DNA from: Vicugna vicugna
Taxonomy: Eukaryota
Direction: 5' to 3'
NCBI GenBank assembly: GCA_013265495.1
Contig: MU058718.1
Location: 2,046,001-2,110,000 of the forward strand
Length of the DNA: 64,000 nt
Below, one piece after another: positions 1 through 13,308 of the stretch. The stretch's first letter is position 1. The number at the start of each line of letters is the position of its first letter. The notes under the pieces were generated by a model. The model did no database searches. It was given only the letters and a program-made list of their open reading frames with translations, and was not told where the DNA came from. Position numbers and translations under genes: made by a program.

Positions 1-320
1 ACATATACATAATAGATAACCTTTTTGTAGCTCATGTACCCAGCAGTGTCTGACTCATGGATTAATTTAAGGGTGAAATAAGTTAATAAGAATTTATAAA
101 AATGAACTTTAAATTAGTTACTAACCAAAGTATATCTTGAGGGCTTGCAGTGTGACAGGCACTCTTAGGTGCTTGCATACAGTAATCCATTTCTTCTTCC
201 AATAATTTCATCTCCATTTTACAAATGAGGAAATACATTCTCAGTTTAACTCCCTTAGCCATGATCATAGTTGACATCTGAACACCAGGTCTGACTCGAG
301 AGCTCATGCTGTTCCCATGC

Positions 321-520
321 CTGGGTTTCAATCCTGGCTCTACTAATTTTGTGACCTTGGGCAAGTTACTTAACACGTCTATGCCTGCATTTCCTCATCT
401 GTTAAAATGAAGATAACAATCATCCCTACCCTATAGGATTGTTAACGTAAATTAATCAGTAATGTATAAAGTTCTTTGAACAATGCGTGGCATGTAGTAA
501 GTGCTGAACAAATGTTAACT
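321..520 (+). mobile_element. MIR SINE
   Basis: MIR core TGTGACCTTGGGCAAGTTACTTAAC...CATTTCCTCATCTGTTAAAATG. Confidence 0.85.
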
Positions 521-802
521 TCTGTTATCACACCACACTGCCTACCCAAAGCCTCTGCTATCCTGCAGCATTATCTGGATAGTTACCTCTGGTTACATAG
601 GCCGCTTAATCCATCTTTAGGGAAAAGTTAAGAACAGTTGTCCTTAAGCATATTGCGATTTACAGAATGGGGAGTTGGGTTATTGTGGAAATTGGTCTAT
701 TATTTTTCCTGTATTACTTTCTTGTTTTATGGTAGTATGTTATAGATATATATCTTCAAATTCTTTGTTTCAAAGAGCTAGAGGCAGGTATCAAATGGAA
801 CA

Positions 803-1031
803 CGGTTGACCCTTAACAATACAGGTTGGACTGTGAGGATCCACTTATACATGGATTTTTTTTCCGTAATAAAGACTACAGTACTGCACATCCGAGGTTG
901 GTTGAGTCTATGATTACAGAACTGTGGATACGGAGGGCTGATCATAAGTTATATGTGGATTTTCTAATGCATATTTTTGACTGTGTGGAGGGTTAGCACC
1001 CTAAACCCCTGTGTTGTTCAAGGGTCAGCTG
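803..1031. mobile_element. Tigger/MER2-group (MER8-like) non-autonomous DNA transposon
   Basis: Terminal inverted repeats CGGTTGACCCTT-AACAA / TTGTTCAAGGGTCAGCTG; internal GAACTGTGGATACGGAGGGCTGA. Confidence 0.75.
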
Positions 1032-1932
1032 TGGTTTCTTTAACTGGGTATAGGGCTGGAAATGAAAAGTTTGGGGTTGCCTTACAGTCTTTTAATAATA
1101 ATTGTTAGGAAGACTGTTTCCTCCAGTAACTCTGTTCCACAGACATGTACCTGTTTTTATGCTTTATATAATGTTTTGTATTCCTTCTATTATTATATCT
1201 TTTGTTTAGTCTCAGTTTTACTAGACCACACCTAGTAAGAATCTGACCATTTCTGAATGTTCAAAAAAAGAGAGGAAAATACCGTAACTGATCATTTTTC
1301 AATAGCATGAAAAATACTGGCTATTCTTAAGCTTCTTACATGCAGCTGAGAAACTTACATATAGATTTTTTTATTAAAAACCTGCTGTGAAAACAAAATT
1401 GAAGATACTCTTAGTGTGAATCTATGAGAGCTGAGACCAAATATTCCAGTGAATGCAGAGAATCTTGTTTAAGGTTCATATAAAAAAAAAATTACATACC
1501 TAGTAAGTCTTACTTAGTGTCAAGACCAACAACTTATTCCTTAGCCCAATGATAAACTCCAATAGTGTAAAAAAAAAAATTAAGAGCCCATGAAAAGTCT
1601 GTATTCACAGTGATACACTAGTAGCACCAACTCACAGGGAAAAAAATGTTTTAAAAAAGTCCTGTTAGGAAATGGAGTTTTAAAGTTTAACTTCTCAATT
1701 TAGTCACTCGTTTACTATCTGATAGAATTCATGAATTTTCTATGTATCTGTAGCTGTGGCATTTGATGTTAGATTCGGGATAGGCTAAAATATCATGTAT
1801 ATTCGTTAAAGAATTTTTCTGTTTACATTATTTTTTATAAAGAAATTGACATTCTTGCTAATCATAACATTCTTCATGCTATTAAATAAAATGCCTAACA
1901 TTTAAAACTTTATTTTAGACCTTACAGCAAAG

Positions 1933-2086
1933 ATGAAACCTGATGAAACTCCTATGTTTGACCCAAGTCTACTCAAAGAAGTGGACTGGAGTCAGAATAC
2001 AGCTACGTTTTCTCCAGCCATATCCCCAACGCATCCTGGAGAAGGTTTGGTTTTGAGGCCTCTTTGTACCGCTGATTTAAATAGAG
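1933..2086 (+). CDS. GNPNAT1: GNPNAT1 first coding exon (CDS part)
   Basis: ATG at 1933, MKPDETPMF...ADLNR-G, donor G|GTATGG at 2086/2087. Confidence 0.97.
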
Positions 2087-5000
2087 GTATGGACTCAGTT
2101 TACATTTCCTGGTCAGACTTGTAGTTAGCACTCTGTTTTCTCCACAAACAAGATGATGCCGATACTTTTTTAAAATACTATTTGACTTATATATATATTT
2201 GTGCTTAATTTTTAAAGTGACTGAGAACTCAATTCCAATGTGTATATATCATGGCTAATCAGATATTACTGTGAAATATTTCAAATGACTTAAGTACAAC
2301 AGTGCTCCTTCCTAATTAAGAAGCCAAAAAGGGTAAAATATCATGTATCACAACACATAAGGAAGCATCTTCTCTAAGAAGCTGGATGGGGAATGAGGAT
2401 GGAGATAATTTGCCTTGGATGAGTTACAAAAAGTTCTGTTTACATGTATTTCTTTTTTTAACATCTAAATTTTCAAAAATGATTTCCTTAAATTTCAGTA
2501 ATCAAAAATGAACTTTTTACAGTTTTCTTTTTGGTAGGAACTCTTAAGAAACTATTTTTGTCAAACTAATTATTGAGTGTGAAGTTAAGATTCTCAAAGT
2601 TCTGAAATGTGCTGTTCAAATTAATTTAAGATAACATTAATGAAATTAATCAGGAATCTTTAAAAACTGTAATCTCAATGATATTTTACAAATAGTATCA
2701 TATTTGGTCATAATGAGAATCTTGCACTTTTAAGTAAAACCAAAGCACGTATTTGGGAAAAACTGGCATCCCTTGCATTGACTCTAATGCAAATTATATT
2801 GAAAACCATCCATTCTGGTTCTGTACATATTAAGGTCAGCACTATTCCAAAAATCTTATGCAGCCAAAAATATTGATATAACCTATTATTATTATGTAGT
2901 GATTATAGAAAGAATAGGTTTCAGTTTAATCTTTTAATTTTAAAATGGTTCATTACAGAGTTTTGAAAAATAACTGCCGATAATCCCACCAGCTTGACAC
3001 ATTGCTTCTTTGTGATAAGTATTTCATTTGCTCTTCTCATGACCTGAAATCTGTTTTTAAAAATTAGGTTTTTTTAAGGTACTAGGTCAGCTGACAGAGA
3101 CTGGAGTTGTCAACCCTGAACAATTTATGAGTAAGTACTACAGCCTCTTCTGAATGAAAAATAAAGGGAAACAAGATTTTATTTTTGTCTGAGATCTCTT
3201 CAGTGTCTACTTGTGTTTTTATTCAAATAACAAATTAGCTATTTTCTTATTTAACTGTTTAATGTGGGTAAACTGTTCTAGAATCCAAATGTAGCAACTA
3301 CCATGTTTTACAAAATATTTGGCTACTTTTAGATAATTACTATAGCATAGGACCTGGGTGGCAGCTCCAGAGATTGTTTTTTATTATAGTCTTTTCCTTA
3401 AAAGTGGTTATTTCACAGAAATTTCATCACCTAATCAAAAATGTAAGAGAATACATTCTATATTTTTTTTGGTTCATTTATATTCAATTTTAAGGTTAGC
3501 AGGTATCTTTTAGTTCAGCCTCCCCATCCCCCCTTTTTTAATACACATGAGAATGGAAATCCAGAGAGGTCAAATGACATACCCAGGATCATAGGAAGTT
3601 ATTGGTAAGGAAAGAACTACAACCTTCCTGACTCCAGCCAATGATCTTAACACTGTCTTCCAGTTTTCTATAATTTTTAAATTTCCTTTAAATAGGTAAT
3701 TTTATTTTGTACTCCATATAACTCTCCTGAGATGAAGACCATTATTTTCTGATTCTCCCTGTTTGTTTTCCTTCACTGATTTATTTCTTCTTCCCACTGC
3801 AGACCCATTACTATAAAAAGACTGTGGAAATAATATATTGGCATTGTTAGGCTGAGGTTTTATTCCTGAATTCTTCTTTTCATGCATATCAGATTAGATG
3901 AGAAATCATCTTATTTCATCAATATAAGTACTAAAAATCAATTTGAGGGTAAGGTATTTTTTGCTCCTATTTGCTGTGTGGCCCTGAGAAAATTACTGGG
4001 AAATGGAGACTTTTTAAAAAATCTACTTCACAAGGTGCTTTCAAAGCCAACAAAAGTGATGATTCTATTTCTAAAAAGGCAAGTCATGTAATCATGAAAC
4101 ACTTGAGATCACAGGGGGAAAACTGAAAACTACTTTGTCAAATATTTTGAAACCAAAAGACTAAAATTACAAAATGGAGATAAATATTCTTGTTAAAACC
4201 TGCAGAGTTTTGTTCTTTGTGAGTATCTGTTGAGTGTAAAAGTTAAAGAAATTGATTAAAGTTAAGTAGTAATGAAGATACGAAAATTTTCATTCATTAG
4301 TCACAGAAATGGCAAAACAGAAATGGCAACATGTACAATTTATTTGTATTATAAGTGCTGTTCATCTAAAATAGTTACATGACTCTTACTTTATTTTGCT
4401 AGCAGATTTTTTAAATGTATGCACTATGTTTCAGTTGATACTGATTGCAGATATTTCAACTACTTGGTCATTTTTAATAACTGATATTTTCTTTAGAAAC
4501 AAAGCTGTAAATTACTGTGGTAAAATAGCTTTAAATATTCAGTAATTAAGTCAGCTAATTCTGGTATTTTTCTGACACCTAATAAAAGTTTAATGTCTAC
4601 TGTGTAACAGTTTCCCAATTTCCACAGAATCTTTTGAGCACATGAAGAAATCTGGGGATTATTATGTTACAGTGGTGGAAGATGTGACTTTAGGACAGAT
4701 AGTTGCTACCGCAACTCTGATAATAGAACATAAATTCATCCATTCCTGTGCTAAGGTATGTTTTCAATATTAATGCTTACGAGTAAAATGGACGTTTGTT
4801 TTCTAGCAAAATCAACTTTGAGTTTCCATTAAACATACCTGTTTTCCCACTGCTTTTTTTTTGTAAAAATGAGAAAGCTATATATTGCCTGGAATAAAGT
4901 TTTGCTTCTTAGAAATCACTTAAGTCATTTTCTCATTGTCTTCTGAGAGTCATAAGGAAGAAAATTATTAACAATATGGATTGTTTGCTAGAAATTGTTC

Positions 5001-7216
5001 TGTAAGGTGTTAGAATTGGAATAGACATAGAGAAACCAAGTCAGCATCATGGAATTTAGCAGTAATGTTTGGAATCTCTAATGCTAATGTTTTTCAAAAA
5101 CAGTACTTTGAATATACTGCATGAACACAAATTCCCATCAGTTTCCAAGTGGTAAAGGGCTCAGAAGACTATGTGGTTCTAATTGTGACACTTCTAATGC
5201 CTGTAGAGTCCCTTCACTCCTCATGACTCACACGACACAGTAAAGAAAACCTAGGTGATCCAGTTAGATATGATAGAAACAGTTGGAATGTATTCTGTGA
5301 GGTGTGCATTTTGGTGTGGTTTCTGTACTAGGAGTTAATGAATTGTATTTGGATGTCTGAAATAAACTGCTATAAAACAAGTAGGATGATGGATATAGTA
5401 CATTCATGACAGGATTACATTTCGGTGATGTGGATCCAGAGATTTGCTTTAAAATAAAGGAGTGGGAAGGTTTAGGATATGGACAAAACAAGATTAGGCC
5501 ACAAGTTGATTCATTGTATTATTTCCTCTATAAGAATTAAATAAAAACATTTTGCACTTTGCAAAGTTCATGTTTACAAAACATTTATTTTCAACACTGA
5601 ATTCTTACTGTAACTTGATTTAGCTAAAAACAAAACTATATTCTTAGTCCTTTCAAAATTTGTTAATATTTTCAGAGAGGAAGAGTAGAAGATGTTGTTG
5701 TTAGTGACGAATGCAGAGGAAAGCAGCTTGGCAAACTGTAAGTAGGCAAAAACCAGGTAACCCTAGATAAATTAGATATTTGTTGTATTTCAGTTTCAGT
5801 TTATAGTTTCTTACCAAGATACTTGTTAAAAAATGTTTTCCTGTTTGAAGTTCTTTTTAGGCATCATTAATTATGAACCCATTCTCACTCCATAATTGAG
5901 ACTGAATTTAATGAAGAAATAAAGTATTCTTATATAACTTTTACCATTAGGTTTGGAAATTGGAAGTGTACTGCTAAAACTGTAACACCTTAAAGTTATT
6001 AACTTGTTATAGCAGTACTCTCATAGTAGTAGGGAACAGAAGCTTCTGGGGAGTCAAATCATCTGTCCATTTCTGTCATATTTAAAAACAAAGGAAATGT
6101 GCTCAGTCATGTAAGTTTTAGAACCATATACTGAAACAGCTAAGTAACCTTCAGTGAATAATCCTCTGTACATTTATCTAAATCTTTTAAAGTAAGTATA
6201 AATAAGTTTCATAGGTTTATTGCCTACTTTATAAAATAGAACTTGCTCTTTCATATTACCTCTTCTGAGTTTTAAGGAATTCACTCAGTAAGTATTAAGC
6301 ATCTGCTATGTGCCAGATACTATTCAAGGTATTTGGGACACATCAGTAAACAAGATACACCAATTTCTTGTCCACTTTACTTAGTCATACCTTTTATAAC
6401 TGTATAATTTCAGTCAAGATGTTCTGTCTTCAGAATAAAATTTTTTAATCTATGCAACATGAGAAAACTGTTCAAGTAAATTTTTATAGCTCTTTTCTAC
6501 TTGTTATTCCTAAGGCAGTCAGAATCACATCCTTATACTGGGTTTGGATTCTTTAAGGATTTGTAAATATTTATACTTTTTTGCTTTGTTTCTACTTAGA
6601 TTAGACCAATCCAAAGTTAATCTGATATATTCTTTAACAAATATTAAGGACCTTTAAAAATGATAAACAATGCAATTATTTTCCCAGCTTAGGTGGAAAT
6701 GCTGACATATTCCTAAGAAGCTTGAATAGATTTAGAAAAGATTAATTATGGTCATTTTTTTTAAAAGGTTGCCAGTCTTTGGTATTAAAATTAATCTTAA
6801 AACTTATTTTTAAAGAGGGCTCAGGGTGAGTTTAGTATTTGTCCTATTTATTAATGGGCTGGAGAATACTAGATAAAGTATATTGGAAGCAAAATAAAAT
6901 GCTCTGGATGATATAAATGCTTATCCACTTGTAATTTTGAATATTTAAGTGAATATAGTAGGAAAGGTCATGACCTAAACCTATTTCTGATATAAACTTG
7001 AAGTTCTATATAATATTCATTCACATTGTTACTATGCCTCCCCCTTCCTTTTTTCTTTTTAATTTCAGGTTATTATCAACCCTTACTTTGCTAAGCAAGA
7101 AACTGAACTGTTATAAGATTACCCTTGAATGTCTACCACAAAATGTTGGTTTCTATAAAAAGTTTGGATATACAGTATCTGAAGAAAACTACATGTGTCG
7201 GAGGTTTCTAAAGTAA
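1933..7216 (+). CDS. GNPNAT1: Glucosamine-6-phosphate N-acetyltransferase 1, complete spliced CDS join(1933..2086,3068..3130,4628..4755,5676..5737,7069..7216), 555 nt, 184 aa
   Basis: Spliced translation [184 protein letters not shown] matches mammalian GNPNAT1 (GNAT fold, acetyl-CoA motif RGKQLG). All introns are GT-AG and exon lengths 154+63+128+62+148 sum to 555. Confidence 0.98.
3068..3130 (+). CDS. GNPNAT1: GNPNAT1 coding exon 2
   Basis: attag|GTTTTTTTAAG...TTTATGA|gtaagt; encodes (G)[20 protein letters not shown](K). Confidence 0.97.
4628..4755 (+). CDS. GNPNAT1: GNPNAT1 coding exon 3
   Basis: ccacag|AATCTTTTGAG...GCTAAG|gtatgt; encodes [19 protein letters not shown]...HSCAK. Confidence 0.97.
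5676..5737 (+). CDS. GNPNAT1: GNPNAT1 coding exon 4
   Basis: tttcag|AGAGGAAGAGTAGAA...GGCAAACT|gtaagt; encodes [20 protein letters not shown](L). Confidence 0.97.
7069..7216 (+). CDS. GNPNAT1: GNPNAT1 last coding exon (CDS part)
   Basis: Long pyrimidine tract then tttcag|GTTATTATCAACC...; encodes [16 protein letters not shown]...RRFLK, TAA at 7214..7216. Confidence 0.97.
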
Positions 7217-9030
7217 AACTCTCTTAAGAAAGACATTTGTTAAAGGAGCTAATGCAACAAGGCTATACTCTTCCTAGAGTTAAAATATTTTGTTGCTGCA
7301 ACCCAGTGACCTCCATAAATACTGGATTGAAAAAAATATTGTAATACAAGTATAATGACATTTAGAAGATTACTTTGGGCTGGTGGGACATGCTGTGAGT
7401 TTAGATTACAAATGAATATTATAAAAGGGATGATTTTTAACCAAAGGAATATATTTTTAACTTGAATCTTTTCTTGCATTGTATTTTTCTAAAGTTTGGC
7501 TTCATTTCTTAGTCAGAGTATAGGTAGTAAGGAGTTATGTGTCTGCTATCTGTACTGATCATCTGAAAAAAAAAGCATACAATAAATAAGGCTGTTTCTT
7601 ATCACATTCATAAAATTAATATTTTTGTTTCAAAGAAATATATCTAAATATTACTTAGGAGTGTATCATTTCACATATATTACGTGAAATTGAATATTAG
7701 ATATAGTGTAACTAAACGTAGTGCAATTCAACATTTGTTGATCCTAATACTATATTGGCAAACAACCTGGTCAGCCTTTGAAAGAAGTGGAAATGAAAAT
7801 TAACTTATAAAACGTGGCAACTTAAATGTACATCTAAAAGTTGATATAATTCTAACGTCAGTAAAGTACCACCTGTCTTATATGTGACATAAAATAATTA
7901 TTCATTTGTTTAGAAATAGAAGGTACTTTTTAACAGTGAATTAGTAAATCCTGGCATATTATGTATTTCTAACCTGATTTCTCATCTTTCCATGGGTGTC
8001 TGAAGCCTCTCTTCTGAGTAACATTTTTATGAAAAATAGATTACAAAATTGGTGGAATATTAAAAAATGTATCATGTTGCATTTGTTACATTCTTAAAAT
8101 GTTGATGGAATCTTTTCTATTTGATGTGATTATAATAGTATAATTCTGGTCACTATCCTGTTTTGATTTTATTTATTTTAATTATTTTTTTAAGTTGAAA
8201 TAAGACTCAGATACTTTATTAATGGTTCTACTCTTTTGCATTCCATGTTACATTAAACCTGTTCATATGATGAATAGTCTTTTGTTAGAATCCTAATGTC
8301 TGTGCTTTTCTTGAATCTTCTATTGAACTATTAGGTCACATCATGATTCATAAAGTTTTAGTTTTGTGTACTCTTTGTAAAAGGAGCTTAGAAAGTAAAG
8401 ACTACCTGTTTCTCACTTTTGACTCACTCTACCTCAACTAGATTTCGTATTTCCCGGCAGCTGAAGTTGGCTTTCTGAAACCACAGAAATTCTTCACCAA
8501 TAGAGGGTGCACTACTTACCTGCTGATGACCTAGGCAGATGAATTGATCTGTCCCTAGAGAAAGCAGCAAAGCTGGTTTTGCTTTTCCAGAAGCCCTAAA
8601 ACCTTCCTATGACAGTAGCTTCATTAGGTACATTCTGGTAACCAAAAATCCACGTTAAAAAAATAAACCTATAAAAGGCAAAATTAAATACTTTATTACA
8701 TTTCTTACCACTGACTAATCTGAAGTAAAACTACCTACGAGGTTGGTATTTCAATAAATCCCTTTATATGGTGTTCTTAAGGTCTTACTTAAATCTCTTC
8801 TATAGGAAATAGCATTGTAAGTAAGGTACAGTACATAAAAATCGTGTCACTGAGGAAACTGATGATCTGTATTTAGCTTTAGTTAACCAGAGTAGTTTGA
8901 TTTTTCTAAACCATGCTGTGGGTAAACTTGAGTATGAAAAAAACATGAAACATTTCAATACATTTTTGAGCAGTTTGCTTTTGAAAAGGTATAATGAAGT
9001 CGCACTTGTAACTTTTTTATTTTGCTCCAT

Positions 9031-9153
9031 TTTTTGGAGGGGGAGGTAATTAGGCTCATTTATTATTACTTTTGTTTTTATTTAATGGAGGTACTGGGGA
9101 TCGAACCTATGACCTTGTGCACGCTAAGCACGTGCTCTGCCACTGAGCCCCCC
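9031..9153 (-). mobile_element. tRNA-Ala-derived SINE (camelid vic-1-like)
   Basis: Reverse complement reads GGGGGGCTCAGTGGCAGAGCACGTGCTTAGCGTGCACAAGGTCATAGGTTCGATCCCCAGTACCTCCATTAAATAAA...CCTAATTACCTCCCCC-A-rich. Confidence 0.85.
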
Positions 9154-12100
9154 ATACATTTTATGTATTTGTATTTCACTGACTCTAAGATGCACATTTT
9201 ATTTTTACACTGGATGCATTTTATGACCAATGGCTTGTCATAGTTTACTCAGCAGTATTTTTGTGCCTTTTAGTGGGATCTAAAATAATGGTGCCATGAT
9301 GGTAATGATGGCATCTTAGATTTGATGAAGAATAGTATAGTGTGCAGGTAGGTAACAATGGGAAATACTAAAAGCAAGAAGCATTTTTTAATAAGCTGAA
9401 AGCTGTTCTATGGATGGTCTGCCCTTTCCTTCAGACACAAATTCCCTTACTTTCAACTCCAAACTTTTCAACTAATCATTAAAAATACACTTGAGCTGAA
9501 ACTTAGGCCTTCTATCTACTGACCATTTTTATGTGTGTGACCACATTTTAGAGAACACTCTTCAGTGCTTCACAATATCCAGCGTTCATTTATCCTCCTT
9601 AAGCTGTGTGGGAGTAAAACTGGGATACTTTTTACCTGGAAGACAAGCTAAATAAAGAAGTTCTGAGGCATAAGCAGTATAAATGAACTTTTCAATCTTT
9701 TTGAGGTATAATGGCACAACAGTTTTAATACAACCACCAATCTTCACAAAATAATTTTAATACTTTGTGCCTGAGCTAGCAGCATTTGCACTGTGACATT
9801 CCTATACATACATAAGCATTTTATCCAAGTACAAATGTTAAAAGCAGAGTAACTTAAGCAGTTGCCTATACAAAGGTAAATAGACACTGTAGGTTGTTTT
9901 TCTTCTTGAATCATTTTTGCTGCATAGTAAATTGCAATTACATGTCAGTATAATGTTACTGATCCATAGAATACACTTTGAATTGTGAGGTATGGCAACT
10001 CCCTATGAGAGAGCTAACATGTAAACCTGAATATTTTGAGTGATTTTTTTAGCTGCCATGGATGGGTAAGACAAAAAGAATCCAGCATTCAAAGACCCTA
10101 GAAACTTATTTTTCTAATCAATAAAAAAAAAAAACCTTTTAGTAACTTTCAGCTATTTCCTATCATTTCCTTTTTGGAGCACTGATGAATGGACAAAATA
10201 AATATTGAAATGAAGCTAAGTTTGTTATGAAATTATGGTTAAACAGTTATTTGGGAAAAAAAAATCCGCCAGGTAACTGCTCATTTACTTTACATCAAGT
10301 TGAGATTTTGATATATATCTCTATATTTGCATCCCAACTTTATAATTCAAGATTGCAGTTAAATACTTCTAGGTCACTTGAATTACCATGGTAATAAGAC
10401 AATTAGAAACCTTATATTTTCTTTAAAAGGACATGCTTAACATTTTATGACATTACTTCTAAACTCAGATGAAGCACAAAATCCTCCCAAAACAAATATT
10501 CTACTCAGAAAGTTAAGTGGTTGAGAGTTGGTAGCAAAAGCTATCACGGTTTAACCTTTCCAACATAGATACAAATAAGTGCTGTTTAAATATTTATAAG
10601 AAATTAACACAAACCAATGAAATAAAATTAGAGAGTTAAAATATTGCCATTCCAATCTGAATATTTTCAATATTTATGTTTCATTCAAAATGGACAATAA
10701 ATAGTTTTTCTATATTTTGATGTGATGTCATTTTAAATTCTGTGCCCAGATTAATATTTAATGTTTAAAATTGGGTGCTACATCACACATACATTATTTG
10801 AATATTCTAGAAAACAAATCATGATTGGTTAACTATCACAAAACAACAGTGGAAATAAAGGAATTATGGAAATAGAGCCCGAAAGAAGAATAGGAAGAGC
10901 TACCAGAAGAACTAGCTCAACATTAGGTAGACGAATGGACCCAAGATAAAACAAACTTGCAGTGTTCTTATATGAAAGAAAGAACAAACATTTTGTCCAT
11001 ACTAATTAGTACTCAAGAAGATGACAATCCCTTTTTCTAGTGTTTGTGAGAGACAGTCTTTACTATACAGTGCTGGGCAGGCACTTCAGTGACAACATAA
11101 AAGTTACAGTGGTTAGAAAAAGTGGAAAATTACCAGCTATAAATAAATAAATAACCAAACTTGTATTCATGGCCAGACTACTGGAGAGGATATGTGTATT
11201 TAAGAAATTAATTTAAAAAAAATCTTAACTGCCTCATTTTTAAGACCTACATGTACTAGTATGAAGATCCTTTTAAGCAATTTTTGCTGAATGAAGCATC
11301 AAAGCTTAAGAGACTGCAAAAGAGACTTTGCTGATCTACCCAATAGTGATCTATATACAGGAAAGCTGTGTTATCTGGCACTTTACCAACTGGAATTTCA
11401 GAGCACTCAATGCAAATCTTGACTATACTAGACCACCACACCCAATGACCTAATCACACAACAGAATACGAGACCACATGGGATTAACAATATGCTGTTG
11501 TCAGGGTGGTAAAACAGTAGAAGGGAAGGGAAATCAGAAAAGGAATACCACCTGGGTCAACAGGAATTAACAATTAATAAAGCAATTTTGATTCACTTCC
11601 ACTCTCCTGCTATGCTGGATTAAAAAAGCTTACACTGTATTATTAAATCTAAGGGAGGAAAGCAAAGTAGGTAACTTGGTGTAATAGGTTACCTTGCATA
11701 GTACCTATTGGTACTAAGGGAATGTATGGAAAACATTCCCATCAGTAGAGCACCTCCAGAGAGGACTGAGAAAAGTAAGATACAAAGAAGTTTTGTTTGT
11801 GCTACCCTAAGTCATCAACTATAAAAAGTTCAAAACACTCCTCTCCTCCCCAACATCATTCTTAAAATAGCAAAAGTTTTTCTTAGAACAGTTTTTATAT
11901 GTATAAATAAAAACATGGAGAACCTAGGATCCATAAAGTGACTCTAATGCAAATTATGGGGGGAAATTTGGATTAACTCAGCGTAAAGATTACATTGTAT
12001 TGATTACAATACTAATTTTTAATACACCAGACTCTTCCATAATCACTTTCTCCAATAACTGCATCCTCAAAGAAAAGCATCTAAGTCAGAACAAACTGAC

Positions 12101-13234
12101 AGAATCATTAAGACAGTATAAAATGGAGTAAATGTTCCATATTCCAAATAGTTTTACTAAGGTTTCTTCAAGCCTTAAAGACTTTCAGTTTGAGCTAATT
12201 TATGTTTAAAAAAAAAAAAACAGAAATTGCAGGAAGATGTTCAAAACTTACCACTGTTCTACATACTAATTTAGAGGTCATGAGGATTTATTTATTTTTT
12301 AAAATTTTTTCTAATGAGGCAAGGCACTTTTCTTTTTTGGGCTTTGTTTAGAAAAAAATAGTGCTACATTGGTCTATTATATTTACTATTTAGAACCATT
12401 TTGGACAAAGAAAAAACAGTCTACATAACTCTGAAATGAACAAACACAACATTTGGCTTTTAAGAATGTTAAAGGAAAGTCACTTGAAAGTTTAAAACTC
12501 CTTGTTTTTGAGCATCTGGTATTATAAAGCAAAATACCTTCCTTTTTTCATTAAACTTTTTTTCTGTAGAATAAAATTAGGAAGGTAATAGGAAAGGAAG
12601 CAATACTTGGATCATGTTAAAGTAAGGATAGTTGGCTAATGTCATGATTTAAAGATTATTAATAAGGGATCAAGAAGTTTAAAAAAATAAAAGGTAATTA
12701 AGCTATTGAATTATACTAAAAAAGAAATGTGGCAGATCCCTGCCTTTGTTAATGTTTATGTAAGAGGCTGCATCATAAAACTGAACTGTAAAATTATTTT
12801 TAAATATGTAGAACACAAAATGAATTTTTAGCAAATGTTAGGAAATTCTTTTGTTATAAATTACCTAGATTTTATAAACAAATCCCCCCTAACTTGCATT
12901 TTGTTTAAAGTAATAACTTTATATCATACAAATAAATTTCAAGTATGAAAAGTGCGTTATTGCAATAATACCTCTTTGCGAGTCCAAAATTCTTGGTTTA
13001 TAATAAAACTGTAAAGAATTAAAAAAAAAAAAAGGAGTAAAACCATCAGTGCCATCTATTGCAGAAGTCCAACCTCTTAAAATGTTGCTCAACAAGTTGC
13101 AGAGAAACACGTCTGGAAACAACATATAACTGGAAAGAAACTACTTGTGTTTTTACCATTTTACATTATTACTGTCTCTAGTATTTTCTCCTTCCCAAAT
13201 AGAAATTCACATCCTCTATAACGTAGCTCTTGAG

Positions 13235-13308
13235 TCAGCCATTCTGTGCAGTCGCCACTTGCATGTTTCCAAAATCATCTTCTTCTTCATGTGTTCTCTT
13301 CAAACTGC
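13235..13308 (-). CDS. STYX: STYX last coding exon (CDS part)
   Basis: ttttag|GCAGTTTGAAG...; SLKRTHEEEDDFGNMQVATAQNG, TGA at 13237..13235. Confidence 0.96.

Noticed and set aside
11256..11441. 61-aa minus-strand ORF between the STYX stop and GNPNAT1
   Set aside because: Non-ATG start, no recognisable homology, and probably inside the STYX 3' UTR.
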